DNA of 64,000 bases from an uncultured delta proteobacterium (GTDB lineage Bacteria; Myxococcota_A; Polyangia; Fen-1088): contig CAVYGB010000010.1 in the NCBI GenBank assembly GCA_963767925.1, positions 224,001 through 288,000 of the forward strand, given 5' to 3'. A program made the translations under genes and the position numbers. Positions 1-10,225 of this stretch are shown one piece after another. Positions within the stretch are counted from its first letter, which is position 1. Each line of letters starts with the position of its first letter. Under the pieces are notes generated by a model, which was not told the DNA's origin, searched no databases, and saw only the letters and a list, made by a program, of their open reading frames with translations.

Positions 1-1
1 G

Positions 2-679
2 CTGGCCGAGCTCGGCCGCCGCGACGGCGCCCTGCCCGTCTCGCGCCGGCCCGGGATCGCCTCGCCCGACCCCACCAGCGGGCGCTGGCTCGTCGACGGG
101 GACATGCTGGCCTTCGAGGAGAACCCGGTCGTGTCGGCCTTCGGGCAGACCGCGGTGGCCGGCACGCCGGCCCCCCGCCAGCTCTCCAGCGCCGCACCGT
201 CGCCGGCGGCCCCGGCCAGCCGGGCTCAGCCAGGCTGGCTGCGGGGAGCCGGCACCTTGCTGGGGCTGATCGGCATCGCCTGGCTTGTGGCCACCCGCTT
301 TCTGACCATCGATCGGGCCGACAAGGTCGAGGCGGCCAGGGTCGCCGTCACAACCCCGCCCCGCCCGGCGCCGCCCCCCGTCCACGCCGCCGCCGAACGC
401 GAGCCCCCCCTGCGGTCGGGCGACCGGGGCCCGCGCCGGCGCCCCGCCGAGCGCGTCACCCTCACCCTGCAGACCCGCCCTCCGGGGGCGAGCGTTGTCG
501 GCCCCGGCGGCTCGCTGGGCACCACCCCCCTGCCCTGGACCATTCGCGCCGGCTCCACCCACACCCTGACCTTCGCCAAGACCGGCTTTCGCCCGGCCAC
601 CCGCCGCATCAGCGCCGACAGCAAGAGCAGCACCGTCACGGTCGACCTGGAGCCCAGGAAGAAGCCCCGCCGCCGCTAG
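2..679 (+). CDS. 5'-truncated membrane protein with C-terminal PEGA-like domain (possibly the tail of a Ser/Thr kinase)
   Basis: Frame is open from the window edge; TM segment (LLGLIGIAWLVA), Pro-rich linker, PEGA-like 'LQTRPPGASV..LGTTPL..LTFAKTGF'. Confidence 0.6.
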   Translation: MAELGRRDGALPVSRRPGIASPDPTSGRWLVDGDMLAFEENPVVSAFGQTAVAGTPAPRQLSSAAPSPAAPASRAQPGWLRGAGTLLGLIGIAWLVATRFLTIDRADKVEAARVAVTTPPRPAPPPVHAAAEREPPLRSGDRGPRRRPAERVTLTLQTRPPGASVVGPGGSLGTTPLPWTIRAGSTHTLTFAKTGFRPATRRISADSKSSTVTVDLEPRKKPRRR

Positions 680-711
680 TCGGGCCCGAGCGAAGCGAGG
701 GAACCCGACTA
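677..711. terminator. Palindromic hairpin between convergent genes (terminator or REP-like)
   Basis: TAGTCGGG (677-684) pairs with CCCGACTA (704-711); the inner part contains GAGCGAAGCGA. Confidence 0.4.
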
Positions 712-745
712 CCTCGAAAACAGTCCCTGGCCGCGGGGCCAGCGA

Positions 746-1327
746 TCAGTGGGCGGTCGGCTCGTTGAGCGCCGAGGCGGCGCGGGCGAACTCGACGAAG
801 CGGGCCAGGAAGGCCGCCAGCTCGCTCCGGGTGCGCTCGTCGGCCAGCACGCCGTCGCCGTCGAACAGCTTGCCTGCTTCGCTGAGCTGGATGTCCATGC
901 TGGTGAAGAGCTGCGCCTTGAGCCGGCGAAAGACCGGCAGCCAGGCCGCCTGGGCCATGCGGGTCCCGCCCGGGCCGGGAGAAGCCCCGATGAGGCCGAC
1001 AGGCCGGGAACCCCAGATTCGCGGGATGTCCCGCGGGGGGCGGCTCGTCCAGTCGATGGCGTTCTTCAGCGTGCCGGGGATCGACCGGTTGTATTCGGGC
1101 GTGGCGATGAGGACCCCCTGCGAGCCGGCGATGGCCTCTTTCACCTCGACCACCGTCTCGGGCAACCCTACCTCCGCCTCCACGTCCCCGTTGTAGAGGG
1201 GAATGTCGCGGATGGCCGCGATGTCGAGCTTGGCTCCGTCCGGCATGAGGTCCCGCGCTGCCCGCAGCAACGCCGCGTTGTACGAGCCGCGCCGCCAGCT
1301 TCCGGCGATACCGATGACACGAATCAT
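746..1327 (-). CDS. NADPH-dependent FMN reductase (ChrR/SsuE-like flavoprotein)
   Basis: GSWRRGSYN phosphate loop, TPEYNRSIPGTLKNAIDW, GASPGPGGTRMAQ. Confidence 0.92.
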   Translation of the reverse strand: MIRVIGIAGSWRRGSYNAALLRAARDLMPDGAKLDIAAIRDIPLYNGDVEAEVGLPETVVEVKEAIAGSQGVLIATPEYNRSIPGTLKNAIDWTSRPPRDIPRIWGSRPVGLIGASPGPGGTRMAQAAWLPVFRRLKAQLFTSMDIQLSEAGKLFDGDGVLADERTRSELAAFLARFVEFARAASALNEPTAH

Positions 1328-1439
1328 CTGGCGGGTGTTCCTCTCATGGTGCTCTCCGCCCCCATGTTACATCGAGTGATGTCCAGCACCACGCCCTTCC
1401 CCCCGCGGCGCGCCTGTCCCATGTTTCATCGATGACACC

Positions 1440-1831
1440 AAGCCCCTGTTCTTCGGGCTGGTGACCCTGTTCGCCTCGTTCATCCCCTCGGTCGGGACCG
1501 CCGTCGTGTCGGTGCCCCTGGCGGCCATCCTCAAGTTGATGGGTCGACCCTGGGCGGCATTGTTTCTGGCGCTCTGGTCGCTGCTGATCGTGGCGGTGGT
1601 AAATAATCTTCTCCGCCCGTTGCTGATAAAATCCGAGATGCAGATCCACGGTGCCTTGATCTTTTTCCCCTCATCGGCGGCATCATGCTGTTCGGATTTT
1701 CGGACCTGGTCATCGGACCGCTCTCGCTGGGGCTGTTCATGAGCCTCGTGCGCTTCCACGCCCGGGACGTGGCCGCCCGCCCCCTGCCCGCACCGGCGGC
1801 CAACCGCGAGGTCCGCTCTCCCGCGGCCTGA
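1440..1831 (+). pseudogene. AI-2E family transporter C-terminal remnant, frameshifted
   Basis: 'FIPSVGTAVV..VNNLLRPLLI..IHGALIFF', then a frame change at the TTTTTCCCC run (~1662-1670) into 'LIGGIMLFG..LVIGPL'; the N-terminal two-thirds is absent. Confidence 0.75.
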
Positions 1832-1853
1832 CCCCCTCCTCATTCATTCACTC

Positions 1854-4800
1854 ATGGCGACCCCCGCAGCCGGCAACAACGCCTATTTTGCTCTCGTTCG
1901 ACGGAACGCTCGTCCGGGCACCTGGTCCGCGGGGGTGACCCTGCAGCGATCGGGCGCGGTCGCCGTGCAATCGCGCGAGGAGGAGGAGATCGTGCTGCGC
2001 GTGCGGGTCCCCGGGCGGCCGGTCGCGGTCACGGTGGTGCTTTACCCGGGTGAGCGGGAGTGGGACTGCGACTGTGCCGGCCGCGTCAGCCCCTGCGAGC
2101 ACGTGGCGGCGGCCGTGATCGCCCTGTCCGGGGGCGAGGGCGACGTGGCCCAGGCTGCGGCGGTGGCCGCGCCCACCGCGGTGGCGAGCTGGGGCCGGAT
2201 CATCTACCGGTTCACCCGCACCGGGGAGGGCCTGCGGCTGCGCCGCTTCATCGCCGCCGGGGACGGGCCGGAGAAGCCCCTCGGCGGCACCCTCTCGGCC
2301 CTGCTGGCGCAGCCGGCTCTGGCCAGGACGGTCCAGCCCGAGCAGCACGACCTCAGGGCCGACCTCTTGCTCGAGGCCGGCGCGGGCGGCGTGTTGCCGC
2401 CCAGCAAGCTGGACGCCCTCCTCAAGGTCATGGTGGGAGCCCGCGACGTGATGGTCGACGGCCAGCCGGTGGTCATCGTCGAGGAGCTGGTGCTGCCCCA
2501 GGCGGTCATCGAGGACCTCGGCGGAGACATCCAGGTGACCATCGGACGGGACCCCCGGGTCGTCGAGGTCGTGAGCCCGGCGGTGGCCCTGTGCAGCGAC
2601 GGGACGCTGGCCCGGCTGGGCGAGGCCGAGCTGTGCGGGGGCTGGCTGCAGAACCTGCCGATCCGCAACCGCTACCGGGCGGCCGAGAGCGCCGAGCTGG
2701 TGACCCGGGTGCTCCCCGATCTGAGCCGCCGCATGGGGGTCGAGGTGCGCAGCCGGCGCCTGCCCCCCGTGGTGCGCGACCTCGAGCCGCGCCTCTCGCT
2801 CGACCTGCAGCACCTCGACGGGGGCAGCCTCTCGGTCCTGCCCACCCTCGTCTACGGCTCGCCCCCCTGCGTCCGGATCGACGAGGGCAAGATGATCCAC
2901 CTCCGCGGCCCGGTGCCGGTGCGAGCCCCCGACCGGGAGCGCCGGCTGGTCGAGCGGCTCCGCGACGAGCTCAACCTGATGCCCGGCCGGCGCGCCCGCT
3001 TCGAGGGCACGGAGGTGGGCCTGTTCGCCGAGAAGCTGCGCCGCTTCCGGGGCAGCTTGACCGGCGAGGCGGCCGGGATCGTGGGGACGCGGGCTCGACT
3101 CGCCCCCCGGCTGTCGGTGGAGGACGTCGCCGGCGGGGGCGATGCGGTCCGCTTCGATCTGCGGTTCGAGGTTGTCGGCGACAGCGGCAGCCCCCCGCCG
3201 GCCGGCGCCGGCCGCTTCCTCGACGCCGCCGCGGTGGTCCGCGCCTGGCAAGAGGGGCTGGGGTTGTGCCCGATCGAGGGTGGCGGCTGGGCCCCGCTGC
3301 CGATGCAGTGGCTGGCCAAACATGGCCAGCGGCTGGCCGACCTGCTGGCGGCCCGCGAGGCCGACGGCCGGGTCGCCACCCACGCCCTGCCGGCGCTCGG
3401 TCTCCTGTGCGACGACCTCGAGCAGCCGCCCCCGCCCAGCCTGCAGAAGCTGGTGCCGCTGCTGGCCACCTGGGAGGAGCTCCCCGTCGCCGAGCTGCCC
3501 GACACCTTCACCGGCACCTTGCGGCCTTATCAGCAGCGGGGGGTCGACTGGCTGACCTTCCTGCGGCGGGCCGGCCTGGGCGGGATGCTCGCCGACGACA
3601 TGGGCCTCGGCAAGACCATCCAGGCCCTCGCGGTGTTGCGCCGGGGGGAGAAGACCCTCGTCGTCTGCCCGACCAGCGTGTTGCCCAACTGGCAAGCCGA
3701 GCTGAGCCGCTTCCGGCCGGACCTGCAGGTCTGCGCCTACCACGGCAGCGGCCGCAAGCTCGACCCCGCCGCCGACGTCGTGCTCACCACCTACGCGCTG
3801 CTGCGCCTCGACTCCGAGCGACTGGCCGGGCCCGGCCGGCGCTGGAACCTGGTGATCGTCGACGAGGCCCAGACCATCAAGAACCCCGACAGCCAGGTGG
3901 CGCGCGCCGCCTACGCCATCGAGAGCGACACGCGGCTGGCCCTCACCGGCACCCCGGTCGAGAACCGGCTCGACGAGCTCTGGAGCATCTTCCACTTCTC
4001 CAACCGGGGCCTGCTCGGCGGCCGGCGCGACTTCGAGGAGCGCTTCGCCCGGCCCATCGCGGAGGGGGTGAAGGGCGCCGGCGAGGAGCTGCGTCGCGAG
4101 ATCAAGCCCTTCGTCCTCCGCCGTCACAAGCGCGAGGTCGCCCCCGAGCTGCCGCCGCGCACCGAGTCGGTGCTGCGGGTGGCGCTCGACGACCGCGAGC
4201 GCGAGCTGTACGACGCGGTCCGCGCGGCTACCCGCGCCGATCTGGTGGCCCTGCTCGAGGGCGGCGGCGGCGTGATGAAGGCCCTCGAGGCGCTGCTGCG
4301 CCTGCGCCAGGCGGCCTGCCACCCGGGCCTGCTCCCCGGCCAGGAGGCGCGCACGTCGAGCAAGCTGGAGCGGCTCGTCGAGGCGCTCGAGCTGGCGGCG
4401 GTGGAGGGCCACAAGGCGCTCGTGTTCTCGCAGTGGACCTCGCTGCTCGATCTCATCGAGCCCCACCTGCAGGCGGCCGGGTTGACCTTCGTGCGGCTCG
4501 ACGGCTCGACCCGCGACCGGGGCGAGGTTGTCGAGCGCTTCCAGTCGGAGGCGGGGCCCCCGGTCATGTTGATCTCGCTCAAGGCCGGCGGCATCGGGCT
4601 GAACCTCACCGCGGCCGATCACGTGTTCCTGTGCGACCCCTGGTGGAACCCGGCCGTCGAGGCCCAGGCCGCCGACCGGGCCCACCGGATCGGACAGGAC
4701 AAGCCGGTCATGGTCTACCGCCTGGTGGCCACCGACACCGTCGAGGAGCGCATCGTCGCGCTGCAAGAGCAGAAGCGGGCCCTGTTCGACGCCGCCCTCG

Positions 4801-4859
4801 GCGACGCCGGCGCGGCCGCCGGCCTCACCCGCGACGACCTGCTGCAGCTCCTGGCCTGA
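1854..4859 (+). CDS. SWIM zinc finger + SNF2-family helicase/ATPase
   Basis: CDC..CEH SWIM motif; [44 protein letters not shown]. Confidence 0.95.
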   Translation: MATPAAGNNAYFALVRRNARPGTWSAGVTLQRSGAVAVQSREEEEIVLRVRVPGRPVAVTVVLYPGEREWDCDCAGRVSPCEHVAAAVIALSGGEGDVAQAAAVAAPTAVASWGRIIYRFTRTGEGLRLRRFIAAGDGPEKPLGGTLSALLAQPALARTVQPEQHDLRADLLLEAGAGGVLPPSKLDALLKVMVGARDVMVDGQPVVIVEELVLPQAVIEDLGGDIQVTIGRDPRVVEVVSPAVALCSDGTLARLGEAELCGGWLQNLPIRNRYRAAESAELVTRVLPDLSRRMGVEVRSRRLPPVVRDLEPRLSLDLQHLDGGSLSVLPTLVYGSPPCVRIDEGKMIHLRGPVPVRAPDRERRLVERLRDELNLMPGRRARFEGTEVGLFAEKLRRFRGSLTGEAAGIVGTRARLAPRLSVEDVAGGGDAVRFDLRFEVVGDSGSPPPAGAGRFLDAAAVVRAWQEGLGLCPIEGGGWAPLPMQWLAKHGQRLADLLAAREADGRVATHALPALGLLCDDLEQPPPPSLQKLVPLLATWEELPVAELPDTFTGTLRPYQQRGVDWLTFLRRAGLGGMLADDMGLGKTIQALAVLRRGEKTLVVCPTSVLPNWQAELSRFRPDLQVCAYHGSGRKLDPAADVVLTTYALLRLDSERLAGPGRRWNLVIVDEAQTIKNPDSQVARAAYAIESDTRLALTGTPVENRLDELWSIFHFSNRGLLGGRRDFEERFARPIAEGVKGAGEELRREIKPFVLRRHKREVAPELPPRTESVLRVALDDRERELYDAVRAATRADLVALLEGGGGVMKALEALLRLRQAACHPGLLPGQEARTSSKLERLVEALELAAVEGHKALVFSQWTSLLDLIEPHLQAAGLTFVRLDGSTRDRGEVVERFQSEAGPPVMLISLKAGGIGLNLTAADHVFLCDPWWNPAVEAQAADRAHRIGQDKPVMVYRLVATDTVEERIVALQEQKRALFDAALGDAGAAAGLTRDDLLQLLA

Positions 4860-4880
4860 CCCCGACGCTCGGGGCTGTGC

Positions 4881-5279
4881 TCAGCCCCGGCGGCGCTGGG
4901 TGAGGGCGGCGGAGTTGATGCAATAGCGGAGGCCGCCCGGCGCCGGTCCGTCGGGGAAGACGTGGCCGAGGTGCCCGCCGCAGCGGCTACAGTGCACCTC
5001 CACCCGCATCATGCCGAGCGCGGTGTCCCGCTCGGTGCCGAGGGCCTCACCGGCGACCGGCTGAGAGAAGCTCGGCCAGCCGGTGCCAGAGTCGAACTTC
5101 GTCTCTGAATCGAACAGCTCCTGCCCGCAGCCGGCGCACAGATACTGAGCTGCATCGTGGCTGTCCCAGAAGGCACCGGTGAACGCGCGCTCGGTCCCCT
5201 TCTCTCGCAGCACCTTGTACTGCTCGGGGGTGAGGGAGGCCCGCCACTCCTGGTCGCTCTTTTTGACCTTCTCGGACAT
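4881..5279 (-). CDS. msrB: Peptide-methionine (R)-S-oxide reductase
   Basis: [35 protein letters not shown]; two CxxC motifs. Confidence 0.97.
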   Translation of the reverse strand: MSEKVKKSDQEWRASLTPEQYKVLREKGTERAFTGAFWDSHDAAQYLCAGCGQELFDSETKFDSGTGWPSFSQPVAGEALGTERDTALGMMRVEVHCSRCGGHLGHVFPDGPAPGGLRYCINSAALTQRRRG

Positions 5280-5414
5280 CGATCACAGATATTAGCCTGG
5301 GTTTTTGCCTGGGGCGCGAAGCTGTGACATGGACAGACCAGCGCGAGAACAACTATCGTGCCCGCACCCACTCAGGCCCCCGCAGAACGGACAGAGAGAG
5401 GAAGGAAGGCTCCG

Positions 5415-5900
5415 ATGGTTTTCGAGCGGGCCCCCTACGGGTCAGGGATCGCGATCGCGCTGCTGGCCGTCTGGCTGGCGGCGGGCTGCGCAGAATCCGC
5501 GGGCCCCGGCCCCGACGGCGCCCCCTCCGGCCTGGATGCCACCGCCTCGGCCAGCGACGCCGGGACGCGGCCCACCGACGCCGAACCGGAGCCAGAGCCC
5601 GACGCCGCGCCCCGTCCGCTGCCCGACGCCGCGCCCGCCACCTCGTGCGCGGGGATCCGCAACTGCATCGTCCGCTGTCAGCTCGACACAACCTGCGCTC
5701 AGCGCTGCGTCGACCAGGCGGCGGCGCCAGCGCGGACCGGCTACCAGCAGATCGTCACCTGCAGCCGGCAAGTCTGCGCGGCCGACGACATCAACTGCCG
5801 GTGCGAGCGCGAATGTCAGGGAGGGGGCGAATGTCTGGATCTCGTCGATGGCTGCCGGGGTGTGGAAGAGGATCTGTTCTGCGACGAGCTCTGCATGTGA
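5415..5900 (+). CDS. Cys-rich lipoprotein
   Basis: Lipobox-like LAAGC, Asp/Pro/Ala linker, C-terminal domain rich in CxxxC-spaced Cys. Confidence 0.7.
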   Translation: MVFERAPYGSGIAIALLAVWLAAGCAESAGPGPDGAPSGLDATASASDAGTRPTDAEPEPEPDAAPRPLPDAAPATSCAGIRNCIVRCQLDTTCAQRCVDQAAAPARTGYQQIVTCSRQVCAADDINCRCERECQGGGECLDLVDGCRGVEEDLFCDELCM

Positions 5901-5909
5901 GGCAGGGCG

Positions 5910-7715
5910 GTGAGCGATAGATACCCTCTGCGGCTCGGCCCCTTCGTGGTCGTGGCCCGGCTGATCGAGGAGGCGGTGCCGGAGATCGGGCTGGCCTTCT
6001 CCCGTCGGGCGCGGCGGGTCCGCCCCTGCCTGCTCAAACACGTCCGCCTGGCCAAGAGCGGCTCGGAGGATCTCCAGGCCGCCTTCCAGCGGGCCAGCCG
6101 GCTGAGCCGCCGCCTGTCGCACGCCAGCCTGGCCCGCGCCTTCGCGGTCGGTCGCCTCGAGGGCCGTCTGTTCGTGGCCGAGGCGTTCCGGCCCGGCGTG
6201 TTGCTCTCCCAGCTTCCCCCGGCCGCCATGCCGGCCGCTACCGCCGCCCACATCGCCCGGGAGATCGCCTCCGCCCTGGTCTTCTTGCACGGCTTCGACG
6301 GCGGCCTTTGCCACCGGCGGCTGAGCCCCGAGCAGATCCTGCTGAGCTTCCGGGGCGAGGTGCGGGTGCTCGACGGTCCCTTCGCCGGCCCGGTAAAGCC
6401 CGGCGAGGCGCCCTTCGCCCGCGCCATGCGCCCGAGCCTGCGCTACGTGCCCCCGGAGATCGCGGTGGGCGGCACGGGCGACGCCCGCTCGGACCTGTAC
6501 ATGCTCGGCGTCCTGCTGTGGGAGATGCTGGCCGGCCGCACCTACGAGAGCGCCTTCGGCGGGTGGGGCGGCCGCGAGCTGCCCCGACTGGAGGCCGAGA
6601 TCCCGGCGCCCCTGCGCGAGCTGGTGGCGCGGATGCTGGCCGCCGATCCCGCCGATCGGCCCGCCCGCGCTGACGACGTCCGCAAGGCCCTGGGGCGCTT
6701 CTCCCCCTGGGGCTGGGGCGGCCGCCGGGCGGTGGCGGCCATGATCGCCGGCTCGGTCGACGTCCGCCAGCAGCTCACCCAGCTCCGCCGCTGGCAGGCG
6801 GAGGCCCGGGCCCTCCTGCCCCGCCGCGAGCCCGATCGGGAGGGGGCGTCGGCGGGTGGATCGCGCGCCCACGCCCGGGAAGGCCTGCTCTCCCGCCGCC
6901 TGCTGATCCCGGCCGCCCTCGGCGCGATCGGGATGACCGGCGTCCTGCTGACCTGGCAGCCGCGCGAGGCCCCCCCACCCGCTTCGCCAGCGCCGCTTAC
7001 CGACAGCACGGCGGCGCCCGCGCCCGCCGCCGGCGAACCTCCGCCCGCCTTCGAACGGACCGCGGCCGAGTCCCCGCCCCTGCCCGCGCCGCCCGCCGGC
7101 GATCCCCCGCCCGCCAGCGCGCCGCCCGCGACCGGGCCCCCACCCCTGTCCGCGCCGCCCACCGGCGATCCCCCGCCCGCCAGCGCGCCGCCCGCGACCG
7201 GGCCCCCACCCCTGTCCGCGCCGCCCACCGGCAATCCCCCGCCCGCCAGCGCGCGCGCCGCTCGGCCCGCCCCTCCCGCGGAGCCGGCCGCAGCCAGCCC
7301 CCCGCCGGCGAGCGAGCCGGCTGCAGCCACGCTCCCACCGGTGGCCGGGCCGCCGGTCGCCGGCACGGCCTCCCCCGGGGTCGAGGTGGCTCCCACCACG
7401 CCCGGGCGGCCGCGACGCGACACCGCCGTCTCGCCCCCGGCGGGGGCGCAGGCGCGGGGCGACGATCTGCTCGCGAGCGCCGAGGTGCGGTTCCAGTGGC
7501 GCGACTTCGATGCCGCGGAACGTCTGGTGCGCGCGGCGATGACCGAGCTGCCCGCGAGCCCGCGCCCGCACTACCTGCTCGGTCTGGTGCTGCTGGCCCG
7601 GGGCGAAGCGTCGGAGGCGGCCGTCGCCTTCGCCCGCACCATCGACATCGAGCCGGGCTATTCGGACGCCGCCCGCAAGCTGCGGATCGCACAGGAGCGC
7701 GCCTCGATCAAATAA
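5910..7715 (+). CDS. Ser/Thr kinase-like protein (predicted pseudokinase) with TM, Pro-rich repeats and C-terminal TPR
   Basis: Kinase C-lobe motifs (YVPPE, DARSDLYMLGVLLWEMLAG) present, but HRD reads HRR and DFG reads DGP; TPR 'PRPHYLLGLVLLARGE'. Confidence 0.8.
   Translation: MSDRYPLRLGPFVVVARLIEEAVPEIGLAFSRRARRVRPCLLKHVRLAKSGSEDLQAAFQRASRLSRRLSHASLARAFAVGRLEGRLFVAEAFRPGVLLSQLPPAAMPAATAAHIAREIASALVFLHGFDGGLCHRRLSPEQILLSFRGEVRVLDGPFAGPVKPGEAPFARAMRPSLRYVPPEIAVGGTGDARSDLYMLGVLLWEMLAGRTYESAFGGWGGRELPRLEAEIPAPLRELVARMLAADPADRPARADDVRKALGRFSPWGWGGRRAVAAMIAGSVDVRQQLTQLRRWQAEARALLPRREPDREGASAGGSRAHAREGLLSRRLLIPAALGAIGMTGVLLTWQPREAPPPASPAPLTDSTAAPAPAAGEPPPAFERTAAESPPLPAPPAGDPPPASAPPATGPPPLSAPPTGDPPPASAPPATGPPPLSAPPTGNPPPASARAARPAPPAEPAAASPPPASEPAAATLPPVAGPPVAGTASPGVEVAPTTPGRPRRDTAVSPPAGAQARGDDLLASAEVRFQWRDFDAAERLVRAAMTELPASPRPHYLLGLVLLARGEASEAAVAFARTIDIEPGYSDAARKLRIAQERASIK
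7088..7252 (+). repeat. 66-bp tandem repeat (~2.5 copies) encoding a 22-aa Pro-rich unit
   Basis: GGCGATCCCCC at 7098 and 7164, GGCAATCCCCC at 7230. Confidence 0.9.
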
Positions 7716-7771
7716 CGGACCGGGCGAAAATTAGACCGATCCGATCCTTCGGGTAGGATGCGGCAGCGTAC

Positions 7772-8617
7772 TTGACCACCAAACGTTGCCGCAGGGAATC
7801 TCGTTCGCGCGCCTGGGCCGTCGGCGCGCTGGCCATCTCGACCGTGCTGGGGTCGGCCGCGCAGGCGCAGCCCCGCCTGGTTGTCGTCGACGTCAGCCCG
7901 GAGGCGCTGCCGGCCCCCTACGAGAACCTGAAGCTGGGCGAGGAGCTGCGCCGCGCGCTCGAGGGCGCCGGTTGCCCGGTGGCCCGCACCTGCACCAGCG
8001 AGGACTGCGCCCGCGGCGACGGCCTGCACGTCCTGTCGTTCGACCTGCGCTACGATCGCAAGGAGTTCGCCTGCTCGTTTTCCCTCGAGGTTCGCGACGG
8101 CCCCGGCGGACGCGTCGAATACCGGGAGAAGGCCAGCAGCCCGGTCTGCCCCGCCGCCGAGGCGCTCGACGACAGCCGGCGCGCCGCCCGGCTGGCCTGC
8201 GGTGAGCTGCGCAAGACCACCATGGGCCAGACCGCGTCGGCCGCGGCCGATCCGGGCTCGCCGCCGCCCGCCGGCGGCAGCTCCGGCGAGCCGTCGTTCC
8301 TGCACCTCCCCGCGGTGCCCCCCCGCGCCCTCGGCACGGCCATCGTGGCCACCGGCGCCGCGGCGGTGGTGGGCGGAGCGATCCTGCTCTACCTGCACGG
8401 AGAGCCGACCTCCTGCGCGCTCAGCCCGGACGGCGAGCAGGTCTGCACCCGGACCCGCCAGACCGCCCTGGCGGCGGTGCCCCTGCTGGTGGTGGGGGCG
8501 GCGGCCATCGGCTGGGGCTCCTGGAAGCTGATCGGCGCGCGCGACGAGGTCAGCCTCGATCGCCGGGTCACGGTCGGCATCGGCCGGGGCGGCGTCGTGG
8601 TGGGAGGTGGCTTCTGA
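7772..8617 (+). CDS. Exported/membrane hypothetical protein
   Basis: Signal peptide ending AQA, Cys pairs, two C-terminal hydrophobic segments, terminal 'GVVVGGGF'. Confidence 0.7.
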   Translation: MTTKRCRRESRSRAWAVGALAISTVLGSAAQAQPRLVVVDVSPEALPAPYENLKLGEELRRALEGAGCPVARTCTSEDCARGDGLHVLSFDLRYDRKEFACSFSLEVRDGPGGRVEYREKASSPVCPAAEALDDSRRAARLACGELRKTTMGQTASAAADPGSPPPAGGSSGEPSFLHLPAVPPRALGTAIVATGAAAVVGGAILLYLHGEPTSCALSPDGEQVCTRTRQTALAAVPLLVVGAAAIGWGSWKLIGARDEVSLDRRVTVGIGRGGVVVGGGF

Positions 8618-10218
8618 TGCGGTCGCCGGTCCTGCTGGCGCTGGGCCTCGTGCTGCTGGGGCCCGGCTGCGGCGAGCGGCTGCGGCCCGGCTTCTGCGAA
8701 AAACCCGAGGACTGCTCGGGCGGCGAGCTGTGCGACCTCGAGGGCCGGGTGGCGTTCCGACGCTGCGTCGCCATGGGCGACGGCGGCGCCGATCCGCGCG
8801 ACGCGGCCGCCCCCTCGGAGGACGGGCCGGGAGGCTCGATCGATCCGGTCCCGGGCAGTGTGGATCCCGCCGCCCCCGACGCCTCGATCGCCTGTGGTCC
8901 CGACCAGCTCTGCCCGCCCGATCGGCCCCAGTGCGCCGCGGGCCAGTGTGTGGCCTGCACCGCCGACGACCAGTGCACCGACCCCGCCCGGGGCGCCTGC
9001 TCGGGCAACGTGTGCGTCGACTGCCGCGCCGCCGGTCCGGCCGCTTGCACCGGCGCGGGCCGGGTCTGCGACCCGACCACCGGCGGCTGCGCCGAGTGCC
9101 TGGAGTCCGCCCAGTGCAAGACGCCGGGCAAGAGCTTCTGCGCCGGCAAGGTCTGCGTCGGTTGCCAGGAGGCCGGTCCCGGGGCCTGCCAGGCGCCGAC
9201 CGCGGTCTGTGATCCCGGCAGCGGCGCCTGCGTCGCGTGCACCGCCAGCAGCTCCTGCGCCGACCCCCGCGCCCCCCTGTGCGAAGGCAACCGCTGCGTC
9301 GCCTGCACGATGGCCGCCCCCGGTACCTGCGCCAGCCTCGACCCGGCCCGATCGGTCTGTGCGCCCGACGGCGCCTGCGTCGCGTGCAACAGCAGCCCCG
9401 ATTGCACCGCCGACGCCAGCAAGCCGATCTGCCTCGATAGGGTCTGCGTGGGCTGCACCAGCGACGCCCAGTGCGCCCTGAAGCTGGGGGCCAACCCCGG
9501 CGTCTGCCTGCGCCACCTGGGAGGCCGTTGCGCCACCGACGCCGAGACGATCTATGTCCAGGACGGGGCCACCTGCGGCACCGCGGGCACCTCCGCCGCT
9601 CCCCTCTGCACGCCCGAGACGGCGCTGTCGATGCTGAGCGCCACCCGGGAGGTCGTCGTGGTGCGGGGGCTGGTGGGCGGGTTCGCCTGGAACGACATGG
9701 CGATGGGCCAGCGGGCGTCGATCATCGGCCAGGCCGGGGCGGTGTTCGCGGGGGGCGTCCGTCCGGGCGTGCGCCTGTCGGGCCCCGGCGACGTCTACCT
9801 GCGCGGAGTCACCGTGCGCAGCAGCGAGGTGGTCGGGATCGTCGCCCAGGCGGGCGCGACCCTGCGCCTCGACGGTGTTGTCGTCGACACCAATCGGGGC
9901 GGCGGCATCCTGCTCGACGGGGCCCGGTTCGACCTGCGCGACACCCTGGTGACCAACAACGGCGCCGGCGAGACCGGGGCCGTGATCTGGGGCGGCATCC
10001 TCGTACAGGCGGTGCCCGCCGGCGGGCCCAGCCGCCTCGAGCGGGTGAGCCTCATCGACAACCGGCAGATCGGGCTGACCTGCGACGGCCCGGTCGAAGG
10101 GGTCGGGGTCCACGCCCGGGGCAACGCCGGGGGGGTCGAGGTCGGCGCCCGCTGCGGGGTGACCGCTTGCCCGGCGCTGAACGCCACCTGCGGCAGCAGC
10201 GCCACCCCCTCGCCCTGA
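8617..10218 (+). CDS. Lipoprotein with ~8 Cys-rich repeats and a C-terminal right-handed beta-helix-like domain
   Basis: Lipobox-like GPGC; repeated CxxC..C..P..C units; 'VVDTNRGGGILLDG', 'LVTNNG'; start overlaps the upstream stop (TGATG). Confidence 0.75.
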   Translation: MRSPVLLALGLVLLGPGCGERLRPGFCEKPEDCSGGELCDLEGRVAFRRCVAMGDGGADPRDAAAPSEDGPGGSIDPVPGSVDPAAPDASIACGPDQLCPPDRPQCAAGQCVACTADDQCTDPARGACSGNVCVDCRAAGPAACTGAGRVCDPTTGGCAECLESAQCKTPGKSFCAGKVCVGCQEAGPGACQAPTAVCDPGSGACVACTASSSCADPRAPLCEGNRCVACTMAAPGTCASLDPARSVCAPDGACVACNSSPDCTADASKPICLDRVCVGCTSDAQCALKLGANPGVCLRHLGGRCATDAETIYVQDGATCGTAGTSAAPLCTPETALSMLSATREVVVVRGLVGGFAWNDMAMGQRASIIGQAGAVFAGGVRPGVRLSGPGDVYLRGVTVRSSEVVGIVAQAGATLRLDGVVVDTNRGGGILLDGARFDLRDTLVTNNGAGETGAVIWGGILVQAVPAGGPSRLERVSLIDNRQIGLTCDGPVEGVGVHARGNAGGVEVGARCGVTACPALNATCGSSATPSP

Positions 10219-10225
10219 CCGCGCC

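Noticed and set aside
1848..4766. Very long antisense or alternate-frame ORFs (also 30194-33043, 12407-14485, 53726-55687, 55590-57548)
   Set aside because: They shadow well-supported genes, which is expected with high GC3 codon bias, and carry no recognisable motifs.
1854..4859. SNF2 helicase as part of an anti-phage system
   Set aside because: Standalone SWIM-SNF2 architecture, with no adjacent methylase, nuclease or other defence gene.
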